Positions 37,470-53,152 are shown, counted from the first letter of the stretch. The stretch: 64,000 nucleotides of DNA from Octopus sinensis (GCF_006345805.1 NC_043007.1:51026001-51090000), one strand, 5' to 3'. The notes: generated by a model from the sequence alone, not told the origin. Program-made: numbers and translations.

Positions 37470-39576
37470 CATAATTCCTTATCTCTCAAATATAGAACTG
37501 CATTATGTAAAACGATGAAAGGAAATTTAGCGGATAATGCATGCGGAAATGGAGGAAACACTAGAGTAATTAGGGTAGATTACATTGTGTAACGCAATTT
37601 TTGTCCTTGAGTGGCAACTGTAATTTCCTATTTGCTTACCCTTAGAAAGTATGAAAAATAGCTAATATTTCCTTCAAATTTTGCTTTTATTACATTTATT
37701 CAAACCTTTTCAACACATGGCTATGATGTTCCCCAAATGCCCATGATCAGTAAAGCACATATTGTCAACCACTAAGAGATATGCTCAAGTGGTTAAGGTC
37801 AAGCCACTATAACAAGCAAATCTGTGATATTGAGCCAAATATTTACTAGAACGATATTTCTGCTTGAGCAAATCTCAACTGTTGAATCTATATGAAATGT
37901 TCTGGAAAATAGGTCAGTTTCCAAAATATGTATGTCCAAACCGGAAAAGCTAAGTTTGAAGGAAATAGGAGTCATTCCTTTTGATTTCTAGATAGAAATA
38001 AATAGGAATTAACACTTATTGACAAAAAAAAAAGAAAAAGAAAAAAAATTCTCGTGCAGTATTATTTAAGTTGAAATAATGAGGAAGGTAAAATCACGTT
38101 GGTAACTTATACACTACTTCTGGCCATTGGCATAGTAGGGGAGAGCAAAATTAACCAAGCTTGAAGATTAAGTTCAACAGGAGCTGAATACCTCCCTTGC
38201 TCATTATTATATTTAAAATATTTAGTTTTATTTGGTTATAAATCAGATATATTCCTGATGTTTAGCCCCAGGTCAGCTATGATCGAATAGTTCTATGATT
38301 AGATTCCAATAACACCATTACGCGTATATGTGTGTGTTTGTGTGTATGCATGTGTGTGTGTGTGTGTGTGTTTGTGTGTGTGGTGTGTGTGTGTGTGTGT
38401 GTGTGGTGTATGATTTTAGTTCTATGAGAGAGGAGTGTGATTTTATGGAAATTGAGCTGCTATTTCTAGTATGCCAGTCGACTGCTTACTAACTCCAAAT
38501 ATATTTCAATGAGTTCCAACATTTAATATTGTTTTAACTTCACAGTATAATATTTGTGGATTTTGTATTGCTTTCAGAAACATACAAAATAATTTATTCC
38601 TTTCATAATATTGATTTCAAAATAAACATGCAAATATGTGTATGTGTCTATTTGCATGTGAGCGAGTGTGTATATATATATATATACGTTTGTGTGTGTG
38701 TATCATATTGGTTTCTGAATATAATATGTTCATTGTAGTTGTTAGTATTTTATCGTCTAATTGAACCATACCACACATTTCATATATGAATATAACCTCA
38801 ACCGGAGACCAGTTAAAATGAGATCATATTTTTTGAAATTGTACCAAATGAAACAGAATAAAATAACCAACAATCAAAACAAGCACAAAAAACATAACTA
38901 TAGATAAATAATAAATGAGGAACAATAGAGAAAAAAAACAGAAAATTTTTGTATGAACCACAAATGAGAGAAGAAATATATTTGTGAATGACAGAGATAG
39001 AGTTATAGTTTATAGAGGAAAGAGAAACATTTTGTAGTGTAAAATTATAAGATCAACTTCTGATTGAAGAGTTGACAGTGTTTGCAATGTAGTGGTACCG
39101 GATGTGCGGCTGTCCCAGATAATTTGCTTCTAAATTCCCCAGGGAGTAACGTTAGCTAACTGTCACCTAATTCCTTAAATACAGAATGATGCACTTTTTC
39201 ACACTAATAAACTCGCACTCACTCTCGCTCTTCCACACATTCTTGTATTCCGTATGTAATTCACATGCACTCCAGCATTTTACACAGACAGATACACACA
39301 CAACTATGAACGCACGCGCGCGCACACACAAATACACACACACACATATATTGCAAACTACTCGCAGATGCAAGTGCCACCAGTTGAAAGCTCTGTATAC
39401 CGGATGCTAGCAAACATATAGGATCATCAGGAGAGAATGCGCGCCGTTTCGGGGGCCTTCTCTTCACGGAAATGAAGCCGCGCTTGCTAGATCAACTGGT
39501 ATATAAGTTTTGCTAAATATTCTTCTACCAATTGTTTATCATCTCTCTTCAACCATATATATATATTGGGTACACA

Positions 39577-39634
<58 letters not shown>

Positions 39635-41058
39635 CACATACATACACGGACACAAAGACACATATATATACATTCTAGATAGATACACATGTATGCATAT
39701 TTCAGTAACTCTCGCTTATTCATTTCTCCACTTTTCCTTTTCTAACTTTCTGAAGACGAACTTAAGCACGAAACGTGAAATATGCATCTACTTTTTATTT
39801 ATACTTTGTTTAACAGGATGTGTGATGTGTGCCAAAATGTGTATGTGTGTGTGTGTGGGGGCGTACGTGCGTGCGTGCGTGTGTGTGGGAGGCATGTATG
39901 GGTATATATACATGCGCACGCGAACATATGTATGTGTGTGTGTATGTGTGTGCGTGCGTGCGTGCTGGTATATATGTATAAATAGATGGACGCGTCTATC
40001 TACATACGCTGAATGGCACAAGTACGTAAAAATGCGTGCGTATGTGCGTATCTATATGCGTGTATACTTGTATATGTCTATATAGGAGTAGGTGTGAATC
40101 AGTGTATGTCCCCATATTAATACGGGCCACAGGGCAATTGAGCAACCGGGAATCACACTCCCACGAAATTCTTGACCACGCCGTAACGCTTGACTGTCAC
40201 AACTAGCCATCAAAGGTCTGCACACGCTTTAGGGCCGTTCAGTATAGTTTCATTAACACTTCCCGCTCCTTTACATTATATTCTTTGTATTTCTTATCAG
40301 CCACTTACGGTATACAGACCACAAGTATCTTTACTTCATCAATGTGTGTGAATTACTAGCAACACACCATAATACCACCAGCATGTAGTTTGGAGTGAAA
40401 TGTAAATCTTATAACTTTTGAAGCCTATGACGTCATCTGCCGAGGCTTGCACTATGGAATTCCCTACCCAATACAGAACAGTGCAGAAGGCAGCCGAAAT
40501 GATTGTTGCGCTATAATTATATAATTATTTTTATATAATTATAATTATATATAAAAAACTTTTTGTACAAGTTTTTACCGATAATGGTTTTTTTCCATAC
40601 CGAGACTACTTGGTAAAATTTATTAATTATTAAATTTATAATTCTTTACCCCATATCTGTAATGATAATTTCACTCCCTAATGGCAGTTTTTTTTCTGCG
40701 GAACTATCTTGTGACGCACATGGTAATCTTGGAGGGAAAATGTGAAATTACTCGTCTATATAAGTTTGGAAATGTTGACTACCTTGATGCAAAGGGTAGG
40801 TTTTTAGCTTTTTCAAATTTATAATTCTCGAAATATTATGCCGAAATTAATTTTTATAATTTTAATCCAGAAATTAATTTAAGTCCATAATTAATCGTAG
40901 TCTGTTTGATTTCGTTATTTTTTGCTCTTTTTGCCTATGTGAGTTACAAATATTGTTGTCTGTGGGGTCATATTTGTAGTTAAAAGAATTAACTGTCTTT
41001 TGGGTGTTATTTCTAAATTTTCGGTATGTGGTGAAGCAACTTGTTGCTAAACCCTTAA

Positions 41059-42100
<1,042 letters not shown>

Positions 42101-42102
42101 TA

Positions 42103-42366
42103 AGTAGCCTATCCCGCTCAAAGTTCCCTGAATAAGGTTTGTTTAAGGATGTTGAACGAAACACTCTCATTTCTAGAGGTGAATTATTAAAACCCCAATG
42201 CATTGCTCTCAACATATGGCTATGATGCTCCCCAACTACTTCTCCTCGTGATCAAAGCTGCACAGATCGACAGCCGCTAAGGGATATGCTCAAATTGTTA
42301 TGGTCAAACAACTGATAAATCTGTGGTATTGAGTAGAATATTTGCTGTAGTCTGTCTTTTATAACA
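42103..42366 (-). mobile_element. Element C fragment
   Basis: Reverse complement of 46294-46540. Another fragment lies at ~37700-37850. Confidence 0.75.
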
Positions 42367-42369
42367 AGA

Positions 42370-42750
42370 CTAGCAGTATCGCCCGGCGTTGCTCAGGTTT
42401 GTAAGGGAAATAACTATAAAGCATTTTTAGAGAGTTATAGCCAAAAAATAGCAAAAAAATGGAAAATAATGATGGTAAATTTTTTTTAGTTAAAAAAGGT
42501 GGAGTTGCGTCCCCTAGACAGTTTGCGGTTTGTGTTTCTGATTCTCGACCCCATGTCGAATTTATCGATTTTTTTCAGAACTGGGGGAACTTTTCAAAAT
42601 TTTCGCTGCGTTAGTTTTGAATTATGACATTGGGCTATGTGTGTGTCAAGTTTCATCAGAATCGGTTGAAAGCCGTGGTCAGGGTGAGGGTACAAGCAAA
42701 CAGATACACAGAAACACGCACAGACAAACTGCCGTTTATATATAGAGAGA
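42370..42750 (-). mobile_element. Non-autonomous Helitron, both termini intact
   Basis: A|TC 5' end at 42750, 3' GC-rich hairpin, CTAG|T at 42370, no TSD. Confidence 0.85.
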
Positions 42751-42854
42751 TAAAACATGTATATAATACGTCCAATCAGTGAAGATCTAAAACCACGAGA
42801 CCCAGTGCCTGGTACTGCATCAGCGCATTTATTATTATTATTATTATTATTATG

Positions 42855-42922
<68 letters not shown>

Positions 42923-42961
42923 TATTGTTATTATTACTATTACTACTACTACTACTACTAC

Positions 42962-43012
<51 letters not shown>

Positions 43013-43080
43013 TCATTATTATTATTATTATTATTTTTCTTATTATTATTATTAATATTATTATTTTTATTATTATTATA

Positions 43081-43172
<92 letters not shown>

Positions 43173-43914
43173 AGTATTCCGTTGGCAGACAAAATACTTT
43201 GCAATCTTCCGAGGCTTTACCTTCTGCCTTACATTATTTCGGGGTCAATTTAACCTACCTCCACCCCACAAAATTCTGTGTCTTATAGCTAAATTTGAAG
43301 CATTTTGTTATTGACATTATGATTTCAAGTATCTCCTAATTTTCTACACCGTACCATCGATGTATACGTACAGGAATATTCAAAGTTTAATAGAAAAATG
43401 TATAACAGAAAACATAAAAAAAGTGATATGTGTACACGATTAAGAGGGATTAAGCTAATCGGTGAGAAAAAAAGAGATGTTTTAAATTTATGACGATAAA
43501 CCATATAATCACGTAAGGCTCTTAAAGTGATATATACCTAAGTTCCATTAGGTATGTAGCTAATGATGTGAACAATGACTGATAAAGAATTGTGATGCAA
43601 GGATGAATGGTGCTCAAATGTGGCCTAGAAAAGATTTGGGGCAGAGCCAAAACTATACTCAGGCTCAATAGAACAGATTTTTCAGTTTCATTTGGAGAGC
43701 AATTGGTAGCCAGTGAAGTTGTGTTAATGGTCGTTTAACAAAACGTGTACAAGTGTTTTAAATGATTTGGAGAGGTTTGAATACCATTACTATAATCCGA
43801 ATTAGAGACAATGAAACATGAATGGGGTGTTTTACATTGTCTCGACTCAGAACTTTACTAAGTCTATAAACTTCACAGATCAAATATATACAAACACAGA
43901 CAGATGTATCTTTT

Positions 43915-44161
43915 TTATTTTACTTTTTTCAGTCATTAGACTGCAGCCATCTTGAATTTTTTTAGTCGAATGAAACGACCCCAGTACTTATTTTTAGTTA
44001 AGCCTGGTGCATATCCAATCAGTCTCTCTTGCCGAATCTCTAGGTTACGCGGAAGTAAACACACCAACACCAGTTATCACACACACACACACACACATAC
44101 AGAGGAATACACACACACACAAACACAGGGATACACACACACAAACACACACACACACACA

Positions 44162-44197
<36 letters not shown>

Positions 44198-44392
44198 TAC
44201 ACAGACACACACATATATATATACGATAGTCTTCTATTTAGTTTCCGTCTTCCAAATCTCCTCATAAGGCTTTGACTGGCCCGAGGCTATAGTAGAAGAC
44301 ACTTGCCAAAGGTTCCACGCAGTGGGACTGAACCCAGAACCATGTGGTCGGGAAGTAAGCTTCTCAATACACAGCCACGCTTGCGCCTATAC
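43915..44392 (-). mobile_element. SINE family A, full-length with expanded internal CA/CT repeat
   Basis: Head and tail colinear with 27250-27662. Confidence 0.85.
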
Positions 44393-44397
44393 ATATA

Positions 44398-44560
44398 TAT
44401 CTTGCATATTAAAACGGAAAATATCTGTATGTGTGTGTATCGGTATGTCCTCATTTTGCGCCAAAACGGCTCGACCAATTTTTCTTAAACTTCACACGCA
44501 CATTGCTAATGCTTTTGGGGAGGTTTTAAGTGTAAATTGATTTCGAAAAATGTCCGGGTA
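44398..44560 (+). mobile_element. Probable Helitron 5' fragment
   Basis: atc...tattaaaacggaaaatatctgt...cggctcgaccaatttttcttaaacttcacac resembles the 5' part of 42370-42750. Confidence 0.4.
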
Positions 44561-44734
44561 AACGACCGGAGGAATAACATTTGGGCGTGGTTGAACGGCG
44601 GGGTATTTATTTTTAAACTTCCAATGGAAATAACCTATTCCCTCCTTCGTAAATTGTTTTTAAGCTTCCAAGGGAAATAGGTCGCGCTTTTAATCACTAC
44701 GCCATATGCCCATTTGATGATGATGATAATAATG

Positions 44735-44795
<61 letters not shown>

Positions 44796-44802
44796 GATAA
44801 TA

Positions 44803-46167
44803 GGTATTAACACTTTAGCCGTCCCAGTTATAAGTTACAGCTACAATATCCTTAACTGGACGCTAAATGAACTAAGCAAAATGGATAGGAAAGCAAGAAA
44901 AATAATGACAGGATCTACGATGCATCACCCAAAATCTTACATAGAAAGGCTATATATACAACGTATAGATGGTAGTAGAGGCCTTATAAAGCTGGAAAAC
45001 TACTATAAAATAACCACCATAGAACTGCAAAAATACCTACTTCAGAAGCAAGGAAAACTGATACAAATAGCGGCAAAACACGAGCAAAAGAAAAAATTGT
45101 TCTCAGTATTTAAGGAAGCTGACAAATACAAACAAGAATCATACCACCTAACAATATGAAGGAAGAAAAGAAGAAGAAGAGAAGAAGAAGAAAAGAAGAA
45201 GAAGAGAGAAGAAGAAGAAGAAGAAGAAGAAAAAAACATACCAACAGCTATAAAGCAAATGAAATCAAAACTAAAACTAGAACAGCAACGGACCATGATA
45301 AAACGATGGCAACAAAAATCACTTCATGGCAAGTACTGGACTAAACTAAATGCAAAAGAAATGGACAAAGAAAAATCCCAGCAATGGTTGAGAAGCTCAG
45401 GACTCAAAGCAGAGACAGAGAGATTTTTAATTGCAGCACAAGACCAAAGCCTCCTCACCATAAATTACCAAAAACATGTAATGAAAAGAAATATAACAAG
45501 TAACTGCAGAATATGTAGAGATGGACAAGAAACAATAAATCATATTATCTCTGGCTGCCCAGTCCTGGCTAAGAAGAATATATTCACAGACACCGAGAGT
45601 TGGGACCTACATACACTGGAAGCTATGCCAACATTATGGAATAACAACAGAAAAAAGATGGTATAGGCACACACCAGAAAAGGTCACAGAAAACGAGAAA
45701 GCAACCATACTCTGGGATATGCCGATACATACAGATAGAGAAATTAAGGCCAACAGACCAGATATAGTTGTCAGAGATCATGAAGAAAAAAAATGCTTTC
45801 TAATTGATGTATCAATACCAGCAGATGACAACGTGTCTCTAAAAGAAATGGAGAAACTTTCAAAATACAAAGACCTGGAAATAGAGGTAACTAGAATGTG
45901 GAATCTAAAAGCAGAAACAATTCCTATCATAGTAGGTGCATTAGGCATGATAAAAAAATATTCAGACAAATACATAACAAAAACACCAGGACTTACAAAC
46001 ACATATAACATACAGAAAATTGCACTACTAGGCACTGCACACATCCTACGCAGAGCACTTTCAATACAGTAACCATCAGAGTATCACAACAAATCACAAC
46101 ACATTCCCAGGGCACACAGAGCTGCGCTCGGTAGTGAAGTGAAAGTACGTTATAAAAATAAAACTAT

Positions 46168-46172
<5 letters not shown>
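44803..46172 (+). mobile_element. 5'-truncated R4/Dong-like LINE (thumb, CCHC, RLE endonuclease, 3' UTR) flanked by (AAT)n
   Basis: MHHPKS..ERLY; AAQDQSL; CRICRDGQETINHIISGC; ANRPDIVVRD..CFLIDVSIP; PIIVGALG. Frameshift near 45580. AAT tracts at ~44730-44800 and 46172-46293. Confidence 0.9.
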
Positions 46173-46260
<88 letters not shown>

Positions 46261-46293
46261 CAATAATAATGATAATAATAATAATATAATAAT

Positions 46294-46727
46294 ATTGTGC
46301 TCAATACCACAGATTTGCTTGTCAGTTGTTTGACCTTAACTAGTTGAGCATGTCTCTTAGTGGCTGACGATATCTGAATCTCTGATCATGAGCAGAAGTA
46401 GTGGGGGAGGATCATAGCCATGTGTTGAGAGGGATTCTTTAGGGTTTGGATAATTCACCACTGGAAACATGGGTGTTTCGTTCAACATCCTTAAACAATC
46501 CTTATTCAGGGACCTTTTGAGCGGGATGGGCTACTCGGCCAGAAGAAAATTCTAACTGCAAGGTAATGCGGTGTTTATCTTGATATGAGATCACCATGTC
46601 GCGCACATTTGGTTGTGATGCATGTGCCTGGTATACCCTTATCAGCCGGGTAGTCATGATGGGTATACTGGGCTATGTATATTTTACCCCAGTGTCACTT
46701 TGATGGCATGCACTGCTCTCTCACTCA
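46294..46727 (+). mobile_element. Element C: ~430-bp non-coding interspersed repeat flanked by (AAT)n
   Basis: Four copies or fragments in the window. The 3' end ctctctcactca-(AAT)n is shared with 48693-48882. Confidence 0.7.
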
Positions 46728-46742
46728 ATCATAATAATATAA

Positions 46743-46792
<50 letters not shown>

Positions 46793-47267
46793 TAATAATA
46801 ATAATAATAATAATAATAAAATAATAATAATAATAATAATAATAATTATAATAATAATAATAATAATAATAATTATAATATAATATATTATATAATAATA
46901 AAATAATATATATATATATATATTATATATACACACACACACACACACACATACATACATATATATTATGTATGTATATATGTGGTTCCGAGTTTAATAC
47001 CACTGCTTGACACCTTGGGTAAGTTTCTTCTAGTATAGTCTCTGGCCGATCAAAGCCTTGTGAGTAGATTTGGTAGACAGAAACTGAAAGAAGCCCATCA
47101 TATATATATATGTAATTACCAACTGCATGAGGCATTCTCCCGGGGTTAAAATGGCAGTGTCGTCGGTTTCTAGGGAACACGCGTGCTTAGTTGGCGTTAA
47201 ACACTACTCCTCAGTATAAAACTGCTTTAATTTCTTGTACAGATTTTCCTAACCAGCTAATTTGCAG

Positions 47268-47341
<74 letters not shown>

Positions 47342-47542
47342 GTGTGTATAGGTGCGCGTCAATGACCGAAACAAGTGGTATACACACACACACACACATA
47401 TACATATGTATATATATATATACACACACATATATATATACATATATATATACACACATACATACATAAATACATACATACATACATACATACATACATA
47501 CATACATACAGACATACATACATAAATACATACATACATATA

Positions 47543-48690
47543 CAGTTGCGGCCAAAATGATCAGAACGGTTGAAAAAATAACAAAATGACAGAGAATACT
47601 GGAATTATTTAATATTTAGTGTGAAGCCCTTTAGCTTCAATCACACTTTAACATCGACTGCATGAGGAAATTAAATCTTCAATTTCTTGCTGGGTGATCT
47701 TATTCCATAATTGCTCGGTTGTTTTAGGATTTCTGGATTTCAAACGTTCTCCTAGAATATTCCACACATTTTCAATAGGACTGAGATCTGGGCTTTCAGC
47801 AGGCCAATCCATAACAATAATCTTTTCAGCCTTGAGGAAGTTCACCACCACCTTAGCCTTGTGACATGGGGCATTGTCCTGTATGAATATGGGTGGTCGC
47901 TTAGTTGAATTTCTTAGCACAGGCAAGACATGATCTTTTACAAGTTGTTTATAAACTCCTGCATTTAGCTTTTCATGTAATCGCACCAAAGGGCCCACAC
48001 CATCTCCAGATATAATCCCCCAAACCATGACACTTCCTCCACCGAATTTAACACTAGTCTTTTAGGCGACAATTTTTCACCTACTTTTCCCATCTGAGCC
48101 AAATAACATAAACTTAGATTCATCACGGAAATGCACCGTTTGCCATTTTTCTTGAGACCACAACACATGTTCGGTGGCAAAGGTAAGACGACACTTTTTA
48201 TTCTTGGAGCTGATCAGTGGCTTCACTGCAGGTGCTCTTGCTTGTAGGTCATGTTCAACTAAACGACGAGACACAGTTTTTCGAGATAAAGTTTTCTTCA
48301 GTACAATGCTCATTTCTCGAGAAACAGCAGCAGCAGTTTTAAATCTAACCTGTTTAACCAACCTTACCATAGCACGATCTTCTCTCTTGGTCGTTTTTCT
48401 TGGCCTACCTGTAGACTTTCTTGCTTCACACGAACCACAATCATCGTGGACCTTAAGAATACCGAGAATAACACTTTTTGACTTGTTAACAATCTTTACA
48501 ATAGACCCAATACTTAAATTATCCTTCTTTCGAAGCTTAATAATTGCTGACGAATTGGTAACGGAGTAAGTGGCATTATATTAACAAAGTACACTGCAGA
48601 TATTCTTACTAATCTTTAGTAAACGAACCGTCAGGTAAACAAATTCAAAACATTAGTGTTCACGGTTAAATATACTAAAACACGGAATAA
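47543..48690 (-). mobile_element. Tc1 (DD34E) transposon, one TIR lost
   Basis: TA|cagttgcggccaaaa TIR. GRPRKTT, KPLIS, DESKF, GGGSVMVWG, QDNAPCH and WPAESPDLSPIEN, with 34 residues between D and E. Confidence 0.9.
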
Positions 48691-48692
48691 AA

Positions 48693-48882
48693 GCGGGATA
48701 GGCTACTCAACCTGAAGAAAATTCTAATTGGAACCCACTTGCAAAGTAATGCGTTGTTTATCTTGATATCAATTCACATGTCGCGCGTAGTCTTCTCAGA
48801 TGGGTAGTCATGATGGGTATAGAGGGGTTCGTACATTTGTACCCCAATGTCATGTTGATGGCCTGCGCTGCTCTCTTACTCA
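48693..48882 (+). mobile_element. Element C, 3' portion
   Basis: Matches 46520-46727. Followed by (AAT)n(GAA)n. Confidence 0.75.
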
Positions 48883-48891
48883 ATAATAATA

Positions 48892-48975
<84 letters not shown>

Positions 48976-48983
48976 AAGAAGAA

Positions 48984-49290
48984 GACAAAGTAGTATCGTC
49001 TGATGATGTAGAGCGAGAAAGTCAAGAATATTGAAACTAATGGCTATAAATATCTGGGGATTTTGGAATACAAAAAAATGAAGGAAAGTGAAATGGAGGA
49101 AAATTTTCCCATAATAAATTTGGTTCTTCAGAAGAACCAAATTTATTATGAGAAGTAGGCTTAATGGAAAAAACAAAATCAGGGCAATGAACACATGGGC
49201 TGTTTCCTTAACGCGATACAGCGCAGGTGCTGTTAGGTTGTCAAAGAACGAAGTTGAGTGTGTTAAATTATAAGGCACCAAAAGCGAATG
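48984..49290 (+). mobile_element. R4/Dong-like LINE thumb fragment starting at a GAA tract
   Basis: GYKYLGILE; SRLNGKNKIRAMNTWAVS. Confidence 0.7.
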
Positions 49291-50519
49291 ACTCTCCCCT
49301 GACACAATAGTGTATGGATATAATTATACATATATATGTGTGTGTATGTATATATATATATATATATATTAATGTACTTCTGCACAGCGGGGTGCATTGG
49401 AATTCATTGTTCTCCCACCCACGAGGAGGGAGCGGTGCAGAAGGTGCCGGAACGATCGCTGCGATAAATAAAGTTCCCCGTATACTCTATCTTCCGTATC
49501 AATTATTTCTACTTTAAGAATATACATATATACATACATACATATATATATACATACATATATATATGTATGTATGTATATATATATATATGTATATATA
49601 TATCCATATATATATATATACACACACACACACATATATATATAGTGTAATAAATAAAATATATGCATACATACAAACATATATGTACGTACCTACATCT
49701 ACATGTATATATACATGCATATATAAATATATATACGTGAGTACAGGACACCACAACTAGACGTATAACTCAACGAGAAACGAAAACGGAAAAAACATTT
49801 TTTTTACAACAGAAAAACAGAGTACAGGACATACTAGACAAGGAAAAATCCCCTTCATCAGCTGTGACTAGTTCGACTCCAGCGTGTTTCGAAGGCAAGA
49901 CAGAACACGACTCTCCAAACTAGTCCTTCCTGCGAGAGAATTAAAATAAAATTACCTCGCAGAGGGGTAAAAACAAACAAGAAAAAAATGTAACACAAAC
50001 AGGACGTAAAAACGATAGAAACAAAACTACAAAATAAAATACAAGATAAAAATACATGTACAAGAAAATACAATACGAGAAATAAAAAGAAAATACAATA
50101 CAAGAAATAAAAATAAACAAGAAAACAAACAAGAAAACAAACGAAAAGGCCTTTTTTCTGGCTGAGACGGAGGAGATTCTAGCAGCGCATGGGAACACAA
50201 AAGTGTGTCTTTACAGTTTGAAGGCCGCGTGTAAAAGGAAGTAGTTTTGGCTAGCAGTGACAAAGATGAGGAGGAGTGAGAGAGAGAGAGAGAGAGAGAG
50301 GAAGACAAGCGGCTGAGAGAGAGATGAGGAAGAGTGAGAGAGATGAGGAAGAGTGAGAGAGATGAGGAAGAGTGAGAGAGATGAGGAAGAGTGAGAGAGA
50401 GAGAGAGAAGGGAAGGTAAAGCATCTTGTATGTACATTTGTATGTGTATGGAAATATATATACATGCATACGTTTGTATGTGTATGGAAATATATATACA
50501 TGCATAAAAACATATGTAT

Positions 50520-51009
50520 TACAGGCGTGACTGTGCGAGAAGAGGTTTGCTTCCTAATCACATTTTCATGTTCAGTCTCACTTCCTGGCACTTTTTGCAA
50601 GCATAGCTCCGGGCCGATCAAACTCTTGTGACCGTATTTGTGAAAGAAGCCGACCGTGTGTATATATATAAAGGGTGAGAGAGAGAGAGAGAGTGAGATG
50701 TTTATATATGTATATAAGTCACTCTGTGTCAGAATTTGTGTGTATATGTAACTCTGAGTGCGTGAGTGCGAGTGTATGTGTGTGCGTCCGTGTGTGTGTG
50801 TGTGTGTGTATCAGTTTATGTTTGTCCCCTGAAATCACTTCACAAGCAGTGCTGTCTACATTTGTTTACATCTCCGTAATTTCGCAATTTAACAAATGAG
50901 ACTAATCAAATAAGTTCCACGCTTTAAAAGAAATAAGTATTGCGGTGGATTCGTCGAAAATTGTCCAAGATCTTGCTTCCAAATGGCCGCAGTCCAGTGA
51001 CAAAAACAG

Positions 51010-51010
<1 letters not shown>
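50520..51010 (+). mobile_element. Old SINE family A copy
   Basis: Degenerate head (ccgggccgatcaaac..gaaagaagcc), internal repeats and tail (atggccgcagtc). Confidence 0.5.
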
Positions 51011-51054
<44 letters not shown>

Positions 51055-51424
51055 AAATTTAGATTCAGATAAATATCGTACTTAAGTTAAAGGCACCAGA
51101 ATTTGGTATGGTGTTATCCATATAAATCAAATGGGGTGATTATAATCAAAATAAGCAACAAGGATATCCAAAGGTAGTACAGTTCAATCGTTTCATGCTA
51201 CTTCATTTAATTAAACAATGTAAGTATTACATCACTTTTAAAATGTAGAGCAATCTCCAGCCACATGTGGAATTTTTAAAATTAAATTGACAATATTCAT
51301 TTTTATACTTATTCCATTTTCCAGCATTACAAGGTGGGTAGATATATAGACAGAGAGGTGAATCTCATCAATAGAAACATGGTAGTAAATGATCTTTACT
51401 CATGAGTAGATTTCTTATATCTCT

Positions 51425-51494
<70 letters not shown>

Positions 51495-51544
51495 ACAAAA
51501 AAACAAAAGACGAAGACAGATGCTGTACAGGAATAAAAAAAAGT

Positions 51545-51580
51545 CTTTTACGTTTCGAGCCTACGCTCTTCTACAGAAAG
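51545..51580 (-). ncRNA. Minimal type I hammerhead-like motif (family F2)
   Basis: cttt-CUGUAGA-A-GAGC-guag-GCUC-GAAA-C-GUA-aaag. A6 to U. Confidence 0.5.
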
Positions 51581-52014
51581 GGACACAAAAAACAAGGAGA
51601 GAAACAAATGTGTGTAGTGGCTAACGATATATCATGGCGTCTCATATATACATACAGATATACATATATATATATATATATACACACACACCTGTACAAC
51701 CTTGTTACTTATTTACATTCCATATATATTTATATACATATATGTATGTATGTATGTATGTATGATGTATGTATGTATGTATGTATGTATGTATGTATGT
51801 ATGTATGTATATATATATATATATATATAGATAGATATATGATATGTATATATATATATATTTGCCTGCTCGCTTAGCCAGCGGTGTGGCGTCATTTGAA
51901 GGCTAAAACAATGCGAAGCGCATTGTGACCAGCGATGTGTAGCAAGATCTGATAGCCTGGTCAGTTACGGTGATATATATATATATATATGATAGCAGTC
52001 ATCATCTTGGATAT

Positions 52015-52064
<50 letters not shown>

Positions 52065-52471
52065 CTAATATAATGACTGCTATCACCTTTTCACTCCAAC
52101 AATATCATGTTTAATAATTAAACGATTTGTCGTAAATAGTTAATTGTGTAATTTGCTCTATAAAACCTATTATCACTTTCTATAAATGAAACGTATGTAA
52201 GATGGTGTTATTAAATATCTTATAAACAATATGCTATGCGATTTTCTATATGTGCAAATATTCTTACCCATAAGTATATAAACGTATATATATATGTGTG
52301 TGTGTGTGTGCGCGCACGCGCTTGTGTGTGTGTGTGCCTACATGCAAACATACGCATATATAGTGATCTCTTGTCATATGTATATATACGTACACACACG
52401 TGCACGTGCATATATATACATACATAAATTCTCACATAGATATACGTATATACAATGCATGTGAATATATG

Positions 52472-52503
<32 letters not shown>

Positions 52504-53109
52504 TACATACGTACATACTTAACACACATATATTCGAATATATACACATATTTACACACGTAGATATGATGAACACTGCAAAAACAGAGATTGTTGCATA
52601 TCCATGCAAGATGACATAGAGCACACGGAAAGCTGATAATACATATAAACCGTTAATCAGATAAGGCAATAGAGGTTGAAGACTTTAACGTCTGCATTTG
52701 AGTGAGATATTGATATAATGCCATGCCCAAGGGTTCATTCTCATCAGCATTATCTTCGGTGCTGTTTCTCGTGTTTCTTTTCTTATTTCTGCTAATTCAT
52801 AGACTTATTTATGTAATTCTCTTTTTCAAAATTACATTTTCAAACATTGCATATGTTAAAAGATTGTACGGGAAACCCAGTTGCAGCTTTTGAACGATTT
52901 TGCATATGTGCACATGGTAAATATGTGATAAAATATATTATGAAATGGATATACGGTATATCAACTATATACGCACACAAACACGCACACACACATACAC
53001 ACACACACATAATACACACGTATTTACACATGGATATATTCTCACACGAACTTGTGAGCTCTTTTACGTGGTCGAACGTATTCTCACACATACAAGGAAA
53101 CACAAAGGC

Positions 53110-53152
<43 letters not shown>

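Noticed and set aside
39420-39480. Hammerhead-like GUGAAGA...GAAAC on the minus strand
   Set aside because: C3 is missing, there is no convincing stem II and no NUH triplet. The nearby CUGAUGA is in the wrong order with no pairing.
40080-41058. Possible DNA transposon ending in aaccc|ttaa
   Set aside because: No matching left TIR or transposase motif was found.
49850-49930. Possible degenerate hammerhead on the minus strand (9-bp stem gactagttt/gaactagtc, GAAAC..GUC)
   Set aside because: The core reads GGAGA instead of CUGANGA and stem II is poor. It is worth rechecking only against a family consensus.
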